Shown here: positions 59,673-64,000 of the stretch, piece by piece | Layout of the letters: each line of letters opens with the position of its first letter | Position numbering within the stretch: the stretch's first letter is position 1 | Source of the DNA: Desulfomonilia bacterium | GTDB lineage: Bacteria > Desulfobacterota > Desulfomonilia > UBA1062 | NCBI GenBank assembly: GCA_963664325.2 | Contig: CAXXDQ010000005.1 | Span: 96,001 to 160,000, forward strand | Direction of reading: 5' to 3' | DNA length: 64,000 nucleotides | Notes under the pieces: model-generated | The model's input: only the letters and a program-made list of their open reading frames with translations | Told to the model about the DNA's origin: nothing | Database searches by the model: none | Made by a program: the position numbers and the translations under genes

Positions 59673-61217
59673 CTATGGCGCCAGGTTGATCACCATATCG
59701 ACAAAATCCGTCCAGGCATTGGCACCGAATAACACGACCTGTCGGTAGTAGAAGGGAGAATAAAGGTTGCCGGAGCCCCAGATGTCATTGAAAATGCTCA
59801 GCCCAGAGGCCGCAGGGCATTTGTTCTGCCGCTGATATAGTACTGCATCGTTAAGGGCTGTCAGGACGTTTTCAGCCTGAGTTTTGACTGCGGTGCCTAT
59901 TCCATCACCGGTGATTACATGGTCGAGGTAATCACCCAGGTCGACATAATAGAAGTCGTCGACACCGCTGTTCTCCTGCATGGTAAAGCTGTTATCGGCG
60001 GCCTGGTTATAATGCTCCGCGACTGACTGATCGTTGTTGATGTCGCTGATAGCCGCCAGAGCAAAGGCGTCGATCGCCCCATACAGGGCATCGATTTTGG
60101 ACAGATCGACAAGGGAGAGTGTGAACGCCCTCGGATTCAGTACTCTATCGGCCAGCAATTCATAGGCGTTATCGCACATATCCCTGGCCAGGGATTCTGT
60201 CGCAATATCGGGATCGCCAAGTACGGCATCGAACCCCTGATAGGAGAAAATATCAGCAGGAAAGTTTTCTTCGGAGCTGAGCATGTAATCGACGTTGTTG
60301 CGCACTTCATAGGCCAGCTCAACCCCGCCCATCAGGCAGGCGAAAGGATAAAATATATCGATAGGATGACCGATAAGCTGTTTCAGATATGCCGTGGCCT
60401 GCCCCAGTTCATAATGCGTAAGACGGTCGTAGTCGCTGCCCTCATCGAATCCTATGCCAAGCACCCCCAGCGTATCCGGTGGCGGATCGTCAAATCCGCT
60501 GCCATGGTTGAATATCGAGTACATGTAGTGTTCAGACGGGTAACGCGCAGCGGCCCAGCTGAGAAAGGCCTCGGTATCGCTCAAAGAACCCGAGTTGATC
60601 TCACTTACGGGTACCATCAGGTCTTCGTTGAAGTCGCCTCCGGTCAGGTAATAATACCCGTCTGCATATTTCGTGTTTTCGTTGTAGGCATCCATCATAA
60701 GGATAATCTGGATGTTGTTCTCCAGGTCACGCGCCTTCATATCCTCAAGGGTTTCGAGGTAAAGGGCGAGGATAGGTCCCATCTCATAATTGATATTATT
60801 ATCCACAGCAAAGTGGGTTATCAGGGTCCACTTGTATGGAGTGTTGTCAACCTGTATTGACAGCTCCTGTTCGCCCTTGAACAATCCCTGGGGCAAAATG
60901 GTGTCGACGGCCTTAACCTTGAATGTGTACACGCCGGTGGCGCCGCTGTCGATAGTGCCGGAAACAGTCCCGTTCTGAGCCAGGCTTAGCCCGGAGGGCA
61001 ACACGCCCGACTCCAGTGAGAACAGGTATTTGCCGGTTCCGCCCTGCACGGCAACCTTAGTCTTGTAATAGCCGCCGGACTTGCCGTTATTCAGCGGCCC
61101 CTTGATCTTAAGACAACCGGCAAGGATGCTTACCGAGATAACACAAACCGCTACAAGCAGCCATCGGGAATACCTGGATCGGCTTTTTCTCCTCATGAAT
61201 GAATACCCCCTCGTCAT
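59673..61217 (-). CDS. Clostripain-family (C11) cysteine peptidase lipoprotein with N-terminal Ig-like domain
   Basis: LAGC lipobox; LPSGLSL...GTVSG Ig motif; WT....AVDNN, NHGSG (His), FACLMG..E (Cys), SEE. Confidence 0.85.
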   Translation of the reverse strand: MTRGYSFMRRKSRSRYSRWLLVAVCVISVSILAGCLKIKGPLNNGKSGGYYKTKVAVQGGTGKYLFSLESGVLPSGLSLAQNGTVSGTIDSGATGVYTFKVKAVDTILPQGLFKGEQELSIQVDNTPYKWTLITHFAVDNNINYEMGPILALYLETLEDMKARDLENNIQIILMMDAYNENTKYADGYYYLTGGDFNEDLMVPVSEINSGSLSDTEAFLSWAAARYPSEHYMYSIFNHGSGFDDPPPDTLGVLGIGFDEGSDYDRLTHYELGQATAYLKQLIGHPIDIFYPFACLMGGVELAYEVRNNVDYMLSSEENFPADIFSYQGFDAVLGDPDIATESLARDMCDNAYELLADRVLNPRAFTLSLVDLSKIDALYGAIDAFALAAISDINNDQSVAEHYNQAADNSFTMQENSGVDDFYYVDLGDYLDHVITGDGIGTAVKTQAENVLTALNDAVLYQRQNKCPAASGLSIFNDIWGSGNLYSPFYYRQVVLFGANAWTDFVDMVINLAP

Positions 61218-61548
61218 TCTTTTGGATCTGATCCAAAACTGAGATTAATAAATATACCACATAGCTCAATTGGCAATCAATTAATATTATATCAAATCAG
61301 CAAGGCCCCGCCTCTGATCCTGGCAGAATGGCAATTTACACCCGCACCCCTGATATTCATGAAAACATCTTCATGCATTCCGTCGCCAATGTACTTTTTC
61401 AATAATGCCCAAGTTTGTTTTTCATGATTAAAAATTGGAAAAAATACTAATCCTTCCTAATTATCTGCCGAAAAGCCAAAATATAATCAACAACGATTGT
61501 GTATGCAGGATTTGAGCAGAAACCAGAATGTAAAAGGAGAAACCAAAG

Positions 61549-61758
61549 ATGCTGAGATTCACAGGGCTGACAACAGAGGGAGATGCGATAAATTTCAGAT
61601 TCAACGATATCAGGCATATCGTGAAGGATGATGACCTTGTAATCCTGGACAGACCCGGCGAGGTCCTTGTGAAATTCTCTACCGTCGAAGTGGAAAAATA
61701 CGAAAAGGAAATTAGTGGTTCAGATTTTCATCCGGCCGTCAGCTTGGGGTATTACTGA
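61549..61758 (+). CDS. Small hypothetical protein
   Basis: AAGGAG RBS, 69 aa, no motif. Confidence 0.55.
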   Translation: MLRFTGLTTEGDAINFRFNDIRHIVKDDDLVILDRPGEVLVKFSTVEVEKYEKEISGSDFHPAVSLGYY

Positions 61759-61835
61759 ACATTAAATATAAGGAAGGTAAAGCATGCCCAAGACAATAAA
61801 TACCAGGCTGAAACGACCGGGCATGGAGAACGTTT

Positions 61836-62402
61836 ATGAATGCAAAGTCCAAATTGAAAAAGAGTGAATTAATTCCATCACAGACTGACAGTTTGGATGG
61901 GAAAAAATCAGGTCTGAATAAACGCGGACTCAAACTCATACATGGATCTAAAAAACAACAGGTCAAAGTAATTATAGGCTGCAGTGATGAAGATGGTATT
62001 AGCGAATATTTGTCTGATCTTGCAAATGAGGCATCTGACAACAAATACGATCTGAGATTTTTCATATCTTATTACAGTGATGAGATACTGGAACTGGCCG
62101 ACAGGGAAGCGATCGATATTTTCATTCTGATTCTGAACAATATAGATTGCTTTGACTATTCAATCCGGGAGCGTATGGAGAATTCCCTGGAGCTTATCAC
62201 TCAGATCAAATCGACATATGAAAGGCCTGTCATTGCATTATCCGGCTGGACAGAAGATTTCTCTCAAATAGAGCGGGTTGAAATGATTGCTGATTTCTTC
62301 TTTCCTCTTCCATTTGAACCGCAAGATTTTGTCGAGGCCCTCGAAGAGTCTTTTGAAATGCTTTATGTCTCAAAGGAAGCATATCTGAAGAGACTTAAAT
62401 GA
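61836..62402 (+). CDS. Degenerate receiver-like (CheY fold) protein
   Basis: LELITQIK...RPVIALSG...ADFFFPLPF; phospho-Asp and Lys absent. Confidence 0.6.
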   Translation: MNAKSKLKKSELIPSQTDSLDGKKSGLNKRGLKLIHGSKKQQVKVIIGCSDEDGISEYLSDLANEASDNKYDLRFFISYYSDEILELADREAIDIFILILNNIDCFDYSIRERMENSLELITQIKSTYERPVIALSGWTEDFSQIERVEMIADFFFPLPFEPQDFVEALEESFEMLYVSKEAYLKRLK

Positions 62403-62719
62403 ATGCTGATGATTTTGCCACAAAAGATATTAAAGATTTAATGCTTTTAACCTGCCCATCGGAAAAACTTTTAAACAATTAACTTGAGTCAAATGATCTG
62501 ATTCTACGGCAAAAACATGCTGAATAGGTATTGTGACAGGACCTCGGAGAAATAATTGCTGATTCAGCAGTGCAAGAGTCTGAAATATACCCATATATTG
62601 GAGAAGGCGATGAAACAGCAGTCTTTGTCAGCCCGTGTGAACTAACCTGTATTGATTGCAATTCCTGTCAGGCCTGTGATAACGTTGCTAAACCATAACT
62701 TAGCTCAATATCGGGAATA

Positions 62720-64000
62720 ATGATGAAACCATCCCCTCTCTTTTCCGCTGAATACAATAAACTGTCGGCAGCGGCGCTGGAAACGGCATTGAATCATGTA
62801 GCGGCATACAAGAACTGGCAGGCATTTGATTCTGGCTCATCTGCTCCTGTTGACAGTCGTTTCCGAGCAATGCCCACAATTTCCAAACATGATCTGAGAG
62901 AGCACACCTGGCGCAACTTTATTCCTGCAGACATGGATGTCGATGCCGCGCTGAAAGCTGGCACTGTGGGCCTTGTTTCCACCAGCGGCACGCTAAGTGA
63001 ACAGGTTGTAAATGTCTGGCATCAGCCCTGGTGGGATGCTTCGGAAGCGGCATCTTGGCGCTACAATTCCTGTATGGCGGCATTGAATCTCGGCAAACAC
63101 CGGGAAGCAATTCTTACCAGCCCGCTGAATACGGGCATCCTGTCTGAAAACGGCCTGCTGAGCCTGGAGGAACGTTCGCTCGGCCGTTTCCTCTATCTTA
63201 ATGAAAAAACCAGTCCGTCATTATGGGATGACAAGCTGATAGAGCGCATTATCAGCGAGCTGGAGATATTCCGGCCGGTCGTGCTTGAAGCAAATCCCTC
63301 ATATCTTGCCCGGGTCGCCCGCTTTGCCTGCAGGCATGATCTGAGGGTATATCAGCCGCCGGTAATTGTATTTACCTATGAAAATCCGGGCATACTGGCG
63401 CGAAAACAAATAAGCAAGGTCTTCCGCTCACCGCTTGTCAGCTCCTACGGTTCAACCGAAGCTGGATATGTGTTGATGGAATGTGAACATGGAAAGCTCC
63501 ATCAGGTCTCTAACTTTTGCCGGATCGACCTTGAATTCATGCGGCCTGAATACGGATATCCATGTGTCGGAAGGCTGCTGCTGACAACACTGACCAATCC
63601 CTGGCGGTCATTGATAAGGTTCGATGTCGGCGATCTGGTACAGATCGATTCCAAGGGCATTTGCGAATGCGGACGAAATGACGGATACATCTGCAAGGAA
63701 ATTGCCGGACGGACGGCTGACCTTACCTATACGACGCAAAATCATCCCGTAACCACAGCCATGGTCGAATCTGTAATCAACAGGCTGGAACCTGTTGCCG
63801 ATTATCAGATCTTTCAACGGGAAGGCATTTATAATGTCCACATTGTTCTTGAGGAATCAGCAGATGCTTCCCGCGCGCTGGAGGAAGGAATAATCGAAAG
63901 TCTGCTGCCGTTGTATGGAGCTGGGGCTGTTATCAAGGTTCATTTTGTGCCGGAAATTGCCGTTGAACCGTCAGGCAAATACCGCCGGACGCGCTCGGAT
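62720..64000 (+). CDS. Phenylacetate-CoA ligase-like (PaaK/CapK) adenylating enzyme, runs off window end; not in ORF track
   Basis: Manual translation MMKPSPLF...MPTISKHDLR...STSGT...ANPSYL...YGSTEAG...LIRFDVGD...GR...PSGKYR. Confidence 0.85.
   Translation, partial: MMKPSPLFSAEYNKLSAAALETALNHVAAYKNWQAFDSGSSAPVDSRFRAMPTISKHDLREHTWRNFIPADMDVDAALKAGTVGLVSTSGTLSEQVVNVWHQPWWDASEAASWRYNSCMAALNLGKHREAILTSPLNTGILSENGLLSLEERSLGRFLYLNEKTSPSLWDDKLIERIISELEIFRPVVLEANPSYLARVARFACRHDLRVYQPPVIVFTYENPGILARKQISKVFRSPLVSSYGSTEAGYVLMECEHGKLHQVSNFCRIDLEFMRPEYGYPCVGRLLLTTLTNPWRSLIRFDVGDLVQIDSKGICECGRNDGYICKEIAGRTADLTYTTQNHPVTTAMVESVINRLEPVADYQIFQREGIYNVHIVLEESADASRALEEGIIESLLPLYGAGAVIKVHFVPEIAVEPSGKYRRTRSD

Noticed and set aside
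62479-62700. Short ORFs upstream of the PaaK-like gene as RiPP precursors
   Set aside because: No RBS, leader motif or modifying enzyme visible in the window

Overview
Mostly core chromosome of an anaerobic Gram-negative bacterium. Gene content suggests Desulfobacterota/'deltaproteobacteria', which is an inference. Housekeeping blocks: xseAB; dtd-degP; coaX-amidase-SPOR-xerD-tRNA nucleotidyltransferase; tRNA-Ala(CGC) and tRNA-Leu(TAG); hldD; a frameshifted glgP; a complete tolQRA-tolB-pal-cpoB operon; the dcw cluster (mraZ to ftsZ, no ddl) followed by alr; and rnr. Accessory patches lie at about 9.6-17.9 kb, 24.9-26.8 kb and 57-64 kb. The most interesting observations are: (1) an extra gene inside the tol-pal operon joining a Pal-like lipoprotein signal to a duplicated TolA C-terminal domain; (2) modular, nested palindromic repeats (MITE/REP-like) that sit on stop codons and in one case supply a gene's RBS and start codon; (3) a sigma-54/IHF-driven operon of three tiny membrane proteins, one absent from the ORF track; (4) an archaeal-type GAPOR-like oxidoreductase coupled to a SAM hydrolase; (5) a tandem duplication of a secreted protein, with conserved structured flanks, between two convergent tRNAs. 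No CRISPR array, rRNA, transposase or prophage was seen. All family calls come from motif recognition by eye, not database searches.
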